Shown here: positions 24,976 through 35,097 of the stretch, piece by piece | Position numbering within the stretch: position 1 is the stretch's first letter | Layout: each line of letters starts with the position of its first letter | Source: a virus | Lineage: Duplodnaviria; Caudoviricetes | IMG/VR virus record: IMGVR_UViG_3300021425_000048 | Span: 1 to 54,927 of that record | Length of the DNA stretch: 54,927 nt | Strand: one strand, 5' to 3' | Notes under the pieces: generated by a model | Told to the model about the DNA's origin: nothing | Seen by the model: the letters and a program-made list of their open reading frames with translations, nothing else | The model's database searches: none | Translations under genes and position numbers: made by a program

Positions 24976-26457
24976 ATGTCAGCAGTAGAAAGAAACATTT
25001 TAACGGTCATAGAACCGGCAATATCACTTGACGAGCTTGAGGTTATTGATGTAGAAAGTGGAACAGAAAACTCACAAAATGTATCAATGAAGGAAAAGCC
25101 TACTAAGTTTACTTCTATGATACCGATCATTAGAATTAACGGATATGATGTACAGGGTGATAGGTTAGAAATGTTCGAACTTAGCTGTACTGAATTTTAT
25201 CCTACATGTAGGTTTTCTTTTTTTGATAGAGATGGATTATTTACTGCCAGGTTTTATCCTAAAGATGGTGATATTATTCAGGTATACATTCGTTCACAGG
25301 GTGATGAAACGACATTTAAACCTATAAGAATAGATTTTACTGTTGAGGATATTAAACCGTTAGGCGGAGGTGGCTCTACAAATATGTCGCCACAATTAAT
25401 GGTAGAGGGAAGAATGCATGTACCTAATCTATTTACAGAAAAAGTACAGTTTCAGAATAATACTAGTTGGAATTCATTACTTTCAATTGCTGAAGAACTA
25501 CAATTAGGTTATGCATCAAATGTAGAAGATACCGCAGATCAACAAATATGGACTAACCCATATGATACTTCTGAAAAATTCATACAAGATATAACATCAA
25601 ATTCTTATCTTAGTGACGATTCATTTTTTACTTCATATATTGATCCTTATTATTATTTGACATTTGTTGATGTTAATAAATTATTTAGTCAAGAAACTGA
25701 TTTAGAAACTAGCCAAATGTTTAATCAAAATGCATTGGACACTATGGGAAGTGGTGATGAGGCTGAAAGCAATTATGAATTTCCTAATATGCTAAGTAAT
25801 ATGATACAGATGCAAGGAACTGCTAGATACATATCAAAATATCAACAGGTAAATAAAAGTGGCCAAATAAGTAAAGATAATGGTTATAAGAGGTATACTC
25901 AGTATTGGGATTTGGAGGCAAAGGAATTTATCAATGAATTCGTAGATCCTTTAACAGATAACACCCCAGGCATGATACCCGTAACAAAAGGAAGAACTAT
26001 TAACGGTGAGGTTGAAGGACCAAGAAATAATCAGGTTAAATTTAAGTACCTAGGCACACAAGGTGATAATGTACATGATAATTATTATTATGCATCTATT
26101 CTTAATTTTCAAAATTTGGCAGAAATGGAAAAATTTGGAATGGTATTAGAATTAGATTCTATTAATCCTGCAATTTTAAGATTTAGTAGAATATATTGTC
26201 AAATATTAGAATTTGCCCAAAATGTAAAAAGTGTTCTTACTGCACCTGAAAATGATGAAGATGTTCCTAATGCTAGTCAAAGAAGAGAAGAAACAAAGGA
26301 TAATGTAGGAAGTGACAAGACTAGCCAAAATGGAATCATTAATGAATACCTTACCGGTTTTTATGTAATTGTCGGTATTGAATATATTTTAACTAAACCA
26401 GGAGGATTACGGCAGAGAATACATTTACGTAGAAGAGAGGTGGTTCCTTCTACATAA
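24976..26457 (+). CDS. Putative baseplate hub protein (gp27-like)
   Basis: Position between gp53-like and gp5-like genes; C-terminal LTGFYVIVGIEY...LRR. Confidence 0.5.
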   Translation: MSAVERNILTVIEPAISLDELEVIDVESGTENSQNVSMKEKPTKFTSMIPIIRINGYDVQGDRLEMFELSCTEFYPTCRFSFFDRDGLFTARFYPKDGDIIQVYIRSQGDETTFKPIRIDFTVEDIKPLGGGGSTNMSPQLMVEGRMHVPNLFTEKVQFQNNTSWNSLLSIAEELQLGYASNVEDTADQQIWTNPYDTSEKFIQDITSNSYLSDDSFFTSYIDPYYYLTFVDVNKLFSQETDLETSQMFNQNALDTMGSGDEAESNYEFPNMLSNMIQMQGTARYISKYQQVNKSGQISKDNGYKRYTQYWDLEAKEFINEFVDPLTDNTPGMIPVTKGRTINGEVEGPRNNQVKFKYLGTQGDNVHDNYYYASILNFQNLAEMEKFGMVLELDSINPAILRFSRIYCQILEFAQNVKSVLTAPENDEDVPNASQRREETKDNVGSDKTSQNGIINEYLTGFYVIVGIEYILTKPGGLRQRIHLRRREVVPST

Positions 26458-26485
26458 TGAATAAATAAAAAAATAAGTATCATTA

Positions 26486-27853
26486 ATGGCAGCAGATCCG
26501 CAAATTTGGAACCAAGAACCACCCGAAGCTTTAGCAAATTTGGTTGGTAATTTTCAAAAGTCATTTCCTAATAGCTATGATTATGCTAAGACATTTGTCC
26601 AAACTGCATCATCTGCGGCTGGTGGTGGTAATGGTGTTACTAGTTTAGACGACCCTACATATTTAGGGTTTAATATAAGATTTGATATAATGAGTCCTCT
26701 ATTTGCAGGAGCATTAGAAGGAAACCCAGCAATACCTCTTAGCCAAGATCCCACGTCATTTACCGGTGGTGGTGCAGACGAATTAGGTTCACACCCATCT
26801 GGTGAATCGGCCGTAGGTTATCTTAATAAAGTTGGTGAAACAAATAGAGCTACCTACCTTACTGCATTTGCCCAAGGCTTAAGAGAAATTCAACAAACTA
26901 GACCATATTACTTTCAAACAATAGAAGGATTGCAAGAAGCATGGAATAAGACAGTTACAATGACACCGTATAATGGATCAGGTGACGGTGAAGGTATCAC
27001 GGTTGGTTTATTAGAGGCAATAGATTTAAAAATGTCTGCATTATTTAGTCTTTATAAAGCTGCGTGTTACGATGTAAAATATAGAAGAACGATACTACCA
27101 ATTAACTTAATGTATTTTAATTGTTATGTTGATGTTGTAGAAATTAGAAAGTTTAGATCTACTGGAAATCTTATAAGAAACTTTATAAATTCTCAAAATC
27201 CAAATTCACCTGAAAATGAATTAAATAAATTCGTAAACGAGAATGCCTCTATGATGACATTTAAGTTTGAAGAATGCTTGTGGGATCTTAATGCAACAGG
27301 GCAAGTTTTTGCTAATGTTGCTAATGATGGTTCCAATTCATTAACTACATCTTCAATGAAATGGCAATACGGGAAGGTTGAAATAGAATCCCAGTTTGCA
27401 GGATATGATTCAGCATTAAAAGATACCGCAAATCTAAAACCAAAAACATACGGAGATTTAGCTAAAGCTGCAGGTAAGAAGTTTTTAGATAAACAATTAA
27501 CAGGAGCTACTAATTTAATCCAGAGAAAGGCCGCAGCCTTTGCACAAGGTTTAAAGTTTGGTAATGCATTCGGTTTAAGAAACGATATAATTAATGCAGT
27601 GCAAAATCCACAGGGTTTACTTAGTACATTACAAGGCGCGGCAGCACAAGAAATAACCACACCTGGATTTGATCCTTCTGTTGCTAAAGTAAGTGAAAAT
27701 ATTTTTGGTGAAGGTCCACCAGAAGAACTCTCTTTACAGTCATCTAATATTTTTCCAGAAGAACCGGCAGAAAAAGAATTCAATTCTTCAAATGCATTTG
27801 GACCAGCCCCTTCTGGACCACCACCTTTAGAATCTCAAAATTTATTTGAATAA
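26486..27853 (+). CDS. Putative tail-tube-fold baseplate protein (gp54/gp48-like)
   Basis: Context and weak resemblance to the tube fold (TFKFEEC...WQY). Confidence 0.4.
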   Translation: MAADPQIWNQEPPEALANLVGNFQKSFPNSYDYAKTFVQTASSAAGGGNGVTSLDDPTYLGFNIRFDIMSPLFAGALEGNPAIPLSQDPTSFTGGGADELGSHPSGESAVGYLNKVGETNRATYLTAFAQGLREIQQTRPYYFQTIEGLQEAWNKTVTMTPYNGSGDGEGITVGLLEAIDLKMSALFSLYKAACYDVKYRRTILPINLMYFNCYVDVVEIRKFRSTGNLIRNFINSQNPNSPENELNKFVNENASMMTFKFEECLWDLNATGQVFANVANDGSNSLTTSSMKWQYGKVEIESQFAGYDSALKDTANLKPKTYGDLAKAAGKKFLDKQLTGATNLIQRKAAAFAQGLKFGNAFGLRNDIINAVQNPQGLLSTLQGAAAQEITTPGFDPSVAKVSENIFGEGPPEELSLQSSNIFPEEPAEKEFNSSNAFGPAPSGPPPLESQNLFE

Positions 27854-27856
27854 TTT

Positions 27857-28744
27857 ATGGGTAGATTAACAACTAAAGATTTAAGAACTGATAACCTAAA
27901 AGGTACTCAATGGGTAGGCGTGATAGAGGATACTAATGATGATCTTTTTGAAGGGAGAGTAAGAATTAGAGTCTTTGGTAAAATGGACCAAAGAATTGAT
28001 CCAGGTGACCCTAGTAGTGATTACATAATGCCAGTTGATTCTCTTCCGTGGGCAAGACCCTCGGTGACTTCTTCCGGTGGTAGTAATTCAGGGAGTGGTA
28101 CCTTTTCAGTTCCTAAGCTAGGTACAATCGTAAGAGTTACATTTGATAATGGTAATTATTATTCTCCTGTATACCATGAGTCTCTGTACCCATCCAATGA
28201 GGCTAAGGCGGAGATAGAAGCAGCATACCCCAATTCACACCTATTAATATATGACACGGCATTTGGTTTAACTGGTGGTGGGAATGAAGAAATTACAAAC
28301 GAAAGAGAAGGTGAAAGTATTAAAGTTTTCTTTACTGAAGAAAAGGGGCTTATGATGGATTATACCACAACCGAAGGTCCTACTACTGTTAATATTAAAC
28401 CTGATAATTCAGTTGAGATAATAAATGCAAATGGTGATTCTATTGTAATGCTTAATGATGGAAACATTACATTTACACATTCTGCTAAGTTTATAATCAA
28501 TAGTACTGATAACACTGAAATTAATTGTAAGGACGCTATCATTAACTGTGAAAATACTATCATTAATCATTCGTCATCAATAGAACTTGGAAAGGGCGCT
28601 AGAGAAAAGATTGTTTTAGGTGATACTTTCAAAGCATTCTTTAATAGCCACACTCATATTGGTAATCTTGGGGCACCGTCATCTCCGCCGATTGTGCCTA
28701 TGACAGCAGCTCAGCTTAGTAAGAAGAATGTAAAATCTCTATAA
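27857..28744 (+). CDS. Baseplate central spike, T4 gp5 N-terminal OB fold plus beta-helix
   Basis: WVGVIEDTND...GRVRIRVFG...LPWA, VPKLG..V.V.F; C-terminal HTH. Confidence 0.85.
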   Translation: MGRLTTKDLRTDNLKGTQWVGVIEDTNDDLFEGRVRIRVFGKMDQRIDPGDPSSDYIMPVDSLPWARPSVTSSGGSNSGSGTFSVPKLGTIVRVTFDNGNYYSPVYHESLYPSNEAKAEIEAAYPNSHLLIYDTAFGLTGGGNEEITNEREGESIKVFFTEEKGLMMDYTTTEGPTTVNIKPDNSVEIINANGDSIVMLNDGNITFTHSAKFIINSTDNTEINCKDAIINCENTIINHSSSIELGKGAREKIVLGDTFKAFFNSHTHIGNLGAPSSPPIVPMTAAQLSKKNVKSL

Positions 28745-28769
28745 TATATAAATTACTAAAAAATAAATT

Positions 28770-29060
28770 ATGGCATTAGTTAAACCGACATTAAACCTTG
28801 CGCTAGAGCAAGCCTTTGATAAAGCAATGTTTGTATTTGCAGAAACTATTGCAAACAGCCCACCAGGAACTGATGTTGCTAATGATGCGAGACAAGCTGC
28901 TGCTAAAGTATTTGCTGAAATTGCAACATCTGCAATTGATCTGTATATTAAATCTGCTACTATAACCGTTCCACCTGGGCAAGTCGTAGTAACAGCAGGA
29001 TCACCTGCCGCTCAGTCTGGGGCAACAACTACACCTTCAGCACCTGCTATTATTACTTAA
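28770..29060 (+). CDS. Small hypothetical protein following the spike
   Basis: 96 aa, Ala/Pro-rich. Confidence 0.7.
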   Translation: MALVKPTLNLALEQAFDKAMFVFAETIANSPPGTDVANDARQAAAKVFAEIATSAIDLYIKSATITVPPGQVVVTAGSPAAQSGATTTPSAPAIIT

Positions 29061-29147
29061 CTTAAACAATTTAGACTTTATGGGTATAACAATTAGATAT
29101 TAGCAAGAGTAATATATAATCTATAATCACGCTCTAATAAAAAAATA

Positions 29148-30320
29148 ATGATTGAACAAGAAATCACCGTCCAACTTAGCGACGATCCATTTGACACAAA
29201 AACAATTAAGGTACAAGTACCAAGAGGAACAAAGCTTTTAAGTAATGAACCATACACAGCAGAAGCACTAAAGATGTATGAGCTAGCCGATGAAGAGGCT
29301 GATAGGTTACAAAAATCAGAAGAACAAAATAATTACATCACACAAGGCGAAATTACTTCAATAAAAATAATTAAAGAAGTAATTGACGGAGTAGAGGTTG
29401 ATGTTAAAACAGAAGCACTCGTTGATATTTCTAAAAAGAACACTGCAGTTTGTAATTTACTTAAAGAAGATGAAGCAATCGTAGACCAATTGCAAGTTGG
29501 TATGATTATTGATATTAAAGTAAAATACAGTAAACAAGGGACTCTTTATGCTTCTATAAGCGAGGCGTTGGATGAAGTTAAACGAAATGAAATATATTCT
29601 TCAATTGGTGATAAGACCGTTGGGTTTACTGGTAAAGTAAAAGAATTAATCCACGGTGGATATTGGGTTGATGTTGGTGGTATAAAATGTTTTATGCCAG
29701 GTTCATTAGGTGGGTTAAACAAACTTCATAATTTTGAAAGTCTTATTGGCAAAGAGCTTGTTGTTATACCTATAACATATTCAAATGATAAAGATACCAT
29801 TGTAGTTTCTCATAGGGAATACTTAAGAACGATGATACCTACTACAACATCAGAGCTTAGAGAAAATATAAAAGAACATATTAGTGGGTTCGTTACAGGG
29901 ACTACTAAGTTTGGTGTATTTGCTGAATTCAATGAATGTTTAACTGGATTAATACCTAAAAACGAATTGGACGAAAATACTTTAGAATTATTTGATAATC
30001 GTTCAATTAGACCTGGGGATGAAATATCTTTCTGGCCTAAAGAAATTATTTCTGATAAAAAAATTATACTTAGTCAATTAGGACCTAAGATTGATTTATG
30101 GGATGGTGCAGATGAAAAGTATAAACCGATGATGACTACAAAAGGTAAAGTTACAAAAGTTACAAAATACGGTGCCTTTGTAGAACTCGAAAAAGGTATA
30201 AGTGGATTAATCCATAAATCTAAACTTAAGGGCGCAGAACTTGAAAAGGGTGATATGGTTGAAGTTAGAATCGGTAGTGTAAATACTAGTGATCGCAAAA
30301 TTACAATGAACCTAGTATAA
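29148..30320 (+). CDS. rpsA: Ribosomal protein bS1-like multi-S1-domain protein
   Basis: Three clear S1 repeats (GGYWVDVGGIKCFMPGS; FGVFAEF..LTGLI; YGAFVELEKGISGLIH) plus a degenerate first repeat. Confidence 0.8.
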   Translation: MIEQEITVQLSDDPFDTKTIKVQVPRGTKLLSNEPYTAEALKMYELADEEADRLQKSEEQNNYITQGEITSIKIIKEVIDGVEVDVKTEALVDISKKNTAVCNLLKEDEAIVDQLQVGMIIDIKVKYSKQGTLYASISEALDEVKRNEIYSSIGDKTVGFTGKVKELIHGGYWVDVGGIKCFMPGSLGGLNKLHNFESLIGKELVVIPITYSNDKDTIVVSHREYLRTMIPTTTSELRENIKEHISGFVTGTTKFGVFAEFNECLTGLIPKNELDENTLELFDNRSIRPGDEISFWPKEIISDKKIILSQLGPKIDLWDGADEKYKPMMTTKGKVTKVTKYGAFVELEKGISGLIHKSKLKGAELEKGDMVEVRIGSVNTSDRKITMNLV

Positions 30321-30335
30321 CATCTATCCTGGTTT

Positions 30336-30344
30336 GAATATATA
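30336..30344 (+). promoter_or_regulatory. Class III (putative late) promoter GAATATATA in the loop of a 12-bp hairpin
   Basis: TATCCTGGTTTG/CAAATCAGGATA (30325-30358); motif recurs before many structural genes. Confidence 0.6.
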
Positions 30345-30361
30345 AACAAATCAGGATAATC

Positions 30362-31660
30362 ATGTATACTAACGAGGAACTTAACGCTATACACTCTTCT
30401 AAGATTGGCTTTGAATTTGAATTTTTTTCAAACGAGGATTTAGATTCAACAAAGGATAGTCTTACACAAGCTCTTAATAAGAAAATCAGAGTAGAAGAAA
30501 AGGCCCATAGTGACTTTGCCCCTACCCAAGAAACCTTTAAATTAGAACCAGATAATTCTGGCGGAACCGGGATGATTGAGCTAGTCACAGGACCTCTTCC
30601 ATTTGTTGAAGCTAAGTTAGTCATGGCTAAAACTTTAAAATGGATTAGAGAAAACGGAAAGACCAATGAAAGATGTTCTATTCACGTTAACATTGCATTC
30701 GATGGAAAGAAGCTAGGTCCTATTACAAATATGTCTAAATTAGATATAGGTAAATTTGTACTTAATTTTGATGAAAACAAAGTATATGAAGCTTTCCCAA
30801 ATAGAAAAGATTCTGTTTATGCAAAATCAATAAAGTTTATTGTACCTTTGAGTGCTATGACACAACCGTCACCAGAAAAAAATCTTTGGAAGAACTATAT
30901 GTTTGTCAAAGAGAAGTATTATGGTATTAATTTTGGTAAGGTACCTAAAGGTTATATTGAATTTAGATACTTAGGTGGAAAGGATTATGAAAAGAAGTAT
31001 TCTACAATACTTTCAATGACCGAGCATTTTATTACTTCCCTATATGAAACTTTAGTTAATCCTCAATATAGTGAATCTGACTTAAAGGTTTTAGATAAGA
31101 TTTTAGAAAAACATAAAACTGTTGTTGAGTCTTATCGAACATATTCTGCCTTTAAAGAAAAATTTCCAAACATTCATTTAATGATTGATCTTCAGACATA
31201 TGATCAAATTGTTGAAATGTATTATCCTAAGATTAGAGAAAAGATTTTTGATTTAATTACAAAGGCTGATATGAATGAAGGTTTAATTAATTATGATGCT
31301 GATACAGGAAGAATACAAATTAAAGATGCAAAATTAATGAGATGCTTTGAAATAAGCGGAGTTGATATTGTTGATTCAGTTATTCAGGGTAACATTATTA
31401 ATTGTGATGTCTTTGGCTGTGATTTAAAAAATGCATCTGTATTTGAGTCTAATCTTTTTGGTGCAACTGTTGTAGAAGATTCAAAAATAGAAGAATCTTA
31501 TGTTAGTAGAAATGTAATTTGCCAAGACAGTTATGTATTTGGTAAAAGAGGTGTTTTTAGTGGCGAAATGGTTGGCGGTATCTTTAGACAAGGTAGAGCT
31601 ACTGGTCTTGCAAGATTTGGTGATAAAACTGAAATAATAGAAATAGAAAAAATTAAATAA
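30362..31660 (+). CDS. Putative amidoligase (COOH-NH2 ligase fold) with a C-terminal beta-helix-like region
   Basis: GFEFEF, ELVT, CSIHVN, KYYGIN and IEFR motifs. Confidence 0.75.
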   Translation: MYTNEELNAIHSSKIGFEFEFFSNEDLDSTKDSLTQALNKKIRVEEKAHSDFAPTQETFKLEPDNSGGTGMIELVTGPLPFVEAKLVMAKTLKWIRENGKTNERCSIHVNIAFDGKKLGPITNMSKLDIGKFVLNFDENKVYEAFPNRKDSVYAKSIKFIVPLSAMTQPSPEKNLWKNYMFVKEKYYGINFGKVPKGYIEFRYLGGKDYEKKYSTILSMTEHFITSLYETLVNPQYSESDLKVLDKILEKHKTVVESYRTYSAFKEKFPNIHLMIDLQTYDQIVEMYYPKIREKIFDLITKADMNEGLINYDADTGRIQIKDAKLMRCFEISGVDIVDSVIQGNIINCDVFGCDLKNASVFESNLFGATVVEDSKIEESYVSRNVICQDSYVFGKRGVFSGEMVGGIFRQGRATGLARFGDKTEIIEIEKIK

Positions 31661-31664
31661 AGAT

Positions 31665-32531
31665 ATGGCCAGACAAAAAAGTTGGTGTAACCCAGATGCA
31701 GCTGCATGTTTAGATGAATTGATAAAAGAAATCAATGATGATTTAACAGTTGCTTGTCAAATACCGTTCACTGTACCAAAAAAGGAACTTGCTCATATTA
31801 TCCACAGAGCAAAGGATTATTTTTATAAAATATATGAAGATAGTGTAGAAGAAATGTTTATAGCATTACCTCGTTCAGCGTGGCAAGAAAAAGATTTTAG
31901 ACAAGGGATAAGTCATAATAATGAAACCGGTGATAATGTCAATAAGCTAACTGAGAAGGATGTTAATAACCCCAGAGGTATTGTAAAAATGCCTGATACT
32001 GTATGGGCAGTTAATAATGTATTTCAAATAAATGGCTTTTCTGGTGAAGATGGTGGATTTGGTGATAATTCATTTTCTGCCGGTGATGTTGATTTTTCAT
32101 TAGACAAATTTATTTACTCTGATGTATACGGTGCAGGTATAGGATCCGAAGATTTAATGTATTATGTAATTAATTCTAAGTTTATTGATGTTTCTAGGCA
32201 AGTTTTACAAGCACAAATTTCTTATAACTATAATAGATTAACTAAGAAGTTTAGATTTATGGGAGAGCTACCTAAAAATGGTGCATGTATATTTCAGGTG
32301 TATAATACTATTCCTGATTGTGATCTTTTTCAGGACGAGGCATTTATTAGATATTGTATAGGCCAAGCTAAAATACAATTAGCTAGAATTGTAGGAACTT
32401 TCCAATTTAATTTACCTGGTAACATTACCATTAATTATGATTTGATCTCATCTGAAGGAAAGGAAGAAGTTGAAGCCATCGTTGAAGAAATTAAAGGTGA
32501 TGAAGGTGTAGATTATTTCTTTACTGGATAA
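31665..32531 (+). CDS. Neck/head-completion protein (T4 gp13-like)
   Basis: RY..GQAK.QL...F.FNLPGNITIN...EG.EE C-terminus. Confidence 0.7.
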   Translation: MARQKSWCNPDAAACLDELIKEINDDLTVACQIPFTVPKKELAHIIHRAKDYFYKIYEDSVEEMFIALPRSAWQEKDFRQGISHNNETGDNVNKLTEKDVNNPRGIVKMPDTVWAVNNVFQINGFSGEDGGFGDNSFSAGDVDFSLDKFIYSDVYGAGIGSEDLMYYVINSKFIDVSRQVLQAQISYNYNRLTKKFRFMGELPKNGACIFQVYNTIPDCDLFQDEAFIRYCIGQAKIQLARIVGTFQFNLPGNITINYDLISSEGKEEVEAIVEEIKGDEGVDYFFTG

Positions 32532-32588
32532 AATATAATCTAAGACCATCAAAATTCTTAGAGAATATATAATTAAAGAATATTCTCA

Positions 32589-32954
32589 ATGATTAAGGAA
32601 ATTTATAGTAGAGACATTGATGCACCTAAATATAATGATGACATTATTGAGGTCACAACTAGTCTTGAGCAACTTATTCTAAAAATTGAAAATGTTTTAT
32701 TTACAAGGAAAGGGGAGGTACTAGGCGCGCCTGACGTTGGGTGTAACTTAGACGATCTTGTTTTTTCTTTGGTATTAAATGAAGCTGTAATTGCTCAAAG
32801 AATTAATACCCAAATACAAACATATTGTTTAAACAGTAGCGATGGGAGTTTTGGTATTGATACGGTAGTAAAATTTTATAATACGGTTGAAAGAAGTGGA
32901 GCATTGGTTGATATCTTTATCAACGAACAAAGAGTAATTGGTGCGCTATTTTAA
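32589..32954 (+). CDS. Baseplate wedge protein gp25-like
   Basis: LFTRKGE..P..GCNL..LVF. Confidence 0.8.
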   Translation: MIKEIYSRDIDAPKYNDDIIEVTTSLEQLILKIENVLFTRKGEVLGAPDVGCNLDDLVFSLVLNEAVIAQRINTQIQTYCLNSSDGSFGIDTVVKFYNTVERSGALVDIFINEQRVIGALF

Positions 32955-32968
32955 AAATATGTTAATGA

Positions 32969-34825
32969 ATGTCATTCTTTAGTAAAACTAGGATAAAAGC
33001 AACGGAATTATTTTTCGATGCATTTCAATATTTACAGCGCCAGTATGAGCAAGCTGGCGAGGTATTTACTCCTGCGTCTCCATTTGGACAAATACTAACG
33101 GTAGTCTCCAATCTTGGTGAATTAATACTGTTCTATATTGAAGCAGTTGCAACTGAGCTTAATATATCTAGAGCAAGAAATATTGAATCTATTTATGGAT
33201 TATCAAGATTGACCGGCCATGATCCGACTAGAGGTATTTCTGCACAAGGTATGATTGGGCTGAGGCTTAACACTAATGCCGCAACCTTAGTTAACGGTGA
33301 CTATGTTCAGATTCTGAATTTAAGTCCGTTGGAAATTGGACAAAATGGATTATCTTACTTTATAAAATTTGATAGTGATTATATTAGATTGGAAAAATCA
33401 ACAAGAGATTTTGTAAATGTACAATTAATACAAGGTGAAATTGAAGATCAGACATTTACTGGCACGGGAGAGGCATTACAAAGTTACAATTTAACAACCA
33501 AAGATCCTACTGATCAATATATGGTAGATGTTCATGTAGATGGTAAGTTGTGGAAGAATGTCAATTCTTTATATGATATGAGTAACGGTGAAGAAGCTGT
33601 TATGATTAAAACCAGTGTAAATGGTGGATTAACAGTTTTCTTTGGTAATAATCAGTTTGGCCAACCACCTGCTTTAGGTTCTATTATTAAAGTTACATAT
33701 GTAAAGACGAGAGGATCTGCAGGAAACATTGGGGGTAAGAATTTAGATATAAAGTTTAAAGATCCTGCAACAGATCCAACAGGTGAAGATGTAGATTTAA
33801 ATGAAGTCTTATCATTAAATATTGTAAGAAACCCTATGTTCGGCTCTGATAGCGAAGATCCTGCATTTACTAGATTGATTGCACCATACCAAAGCAATTC
33901 ATTCGTTTTAGCTAATCCTAATAACTATATTTACTATTTAAGTAAATATGACTTCTTTTCTTTTGTAGATGCATATAATACTAAAGACGATCAGTATTTA
34001 GATGATGACAATATTGTTTACCTATTCTTAATACCTGATATTGCAAAAAAGATTACTAGTGATACTGATTACTTTAATGTACCACAGGAAGAATTTACTA
34101 TGACTGTAGATGAAAAGGAAATGGTCTATGAAATTTTAAATGAAAGCGGTAGACAGATTGTTACCGCCGAGGTTAGAATAAATGATCCAATTATTAAAAA
34201 GTATGCTCTTAATATAGTATTAAGATATGTTGAAGGTTTTGATAAAGATGAGATTCATGCAGAGATTAGAGAACAGTTAAGTACTTATTTTATAAACATT
34301 AATAGAAGAGATAGAATACCTAGATCTGATATAATTTCAATCATAGAAAATGTTGACGGCGTTGATTCAGTTAATGTATTCTTTATATCACAAGTAAATG
34401 AGCAGGCTATTGCTGATGGTTTTTATGAGATTCCTGTTTATGGAACTGATCCTGTAACAGACCAAAAGGTACTTATTGAAACTAAGAAGATTGTTTTAAA
34501 AGAAGGAGAAGATCCTCAATTAGGTTTAGATGAATTTGGTGATGTAATTATTGGCCCAGAAGACTTAGCAATAATCAGAGGTGGATGGGATGACCGTAAT
34601 GGAACATTTTATGAAACTGTACCTAATAAGAATGCAATAAGCTCTCTTAACATATTCTTTAAAGGTACTATTCCAAATAATCTTTACAATAAGACCCAGC
34701 AGGCTAAGTTCAATGATCTTAAAAGAAATAGAGGTACTTCTATTGCAACTTCAAAAAATGCAAGGAGTACAAATACAGGAAGGTTACAAGATAACCCTAC
34801 ATTAAAAGCTATACAAGGAAGGTAA
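32969..34825 (+). CDS. Baseplate wedge protein gp6-like
   Basis: VFFGNNQFGQPP..GS.I.VTY..TRG.AGN; SDII..IENVDGV; follows gp25-like gene. Confidence 0.8.
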   Translation: MSFFSKTRIKATELFFDAFQYLQRQYEQAGEVFTPASPFGQILTVVSNLGELILFYIEAVATELNISRARNIESIYGLSRLTGHDPTRGISAQGMIGLRLNTNAATLVNGDYVQILNLSPLEIGQNGLSYFIKFDSDYIRLEKSTRDFVNVQLIQGEIEDQTFTGTGEALQSYNLTTKDPTDQYMVDVHVDGKLWKNVNSLYDMSNGEEAVMIKTSVNGGLTVFFGNNQFGQPPALGSIIKVTYVKTRGSAGNIGGKNLDIKFKDPATDPTGEDVDLNEVLSLNIVRNPMFGSDSEDPAFTRLIAPYQSNSFVLANPNNYIYYLSKYDFFSFVDAYNTKDDQYLDDDNIVYLFLIPDIAKKITSDTDYFNVPQEEFTMTVDEKEMVYEILNESGRQIVTAEVRINDPIIKKYALNIVLRYVEGFDKDEIHAEIREQLSTYFININRRDRIPRSDIISIIENVDGVDSVNVFFISQVNEQAIADGFYEIPVYGTDPVTDQKVLIETKKIVLKEGEDPQLGLDEFGDVIIGPEDLAIIRGGWDDRNGTFYETVPNKNAISSLNIFFKGTIPNNLYNKTQQAKFNDLKRNRGTSIATSKNARSTNTGRLQDNPTLKAIQGR

Positions 34826-34826
34826 T

Positions 34827-35096
34827 ATGAATAAGTTTACAGAAAGAAGAACCGGTATGCCAAGCGTTTATAAAGCTACTTATGAAGATGGGTGGGATTT
34901 AAAAAACTTAGGTAATGACTATAATGAAAATTTAATGAAAAATTCTTTTTCTACTTATATGTTTAGAAACGAAAGGTTAGCTTCATTCTTACAAAATTAT
35001 CTAGGCCCTATTATGTTATTCTGGATTAATAAGGTTAAGTACCTTAGAATCTATTATAATTTTGGCGTACCTAAAGATTATCAAAAAATAAACTAA
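34827..35096 (+). CDS. Hypothetical protein in the baseplate operon
   Basis: Tightly coupled 89-aa ORF. Confidence 0.65.
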   Translation: MNKFTERRTGMPSVYKATYEDGWDLKNLGNDYNENLMKNSFSTYMFRNERLASFLQNYLGPIMLFWINKVKYLRIYYNFGVPKDYQKIN

Positions 35097-35097
35097 G

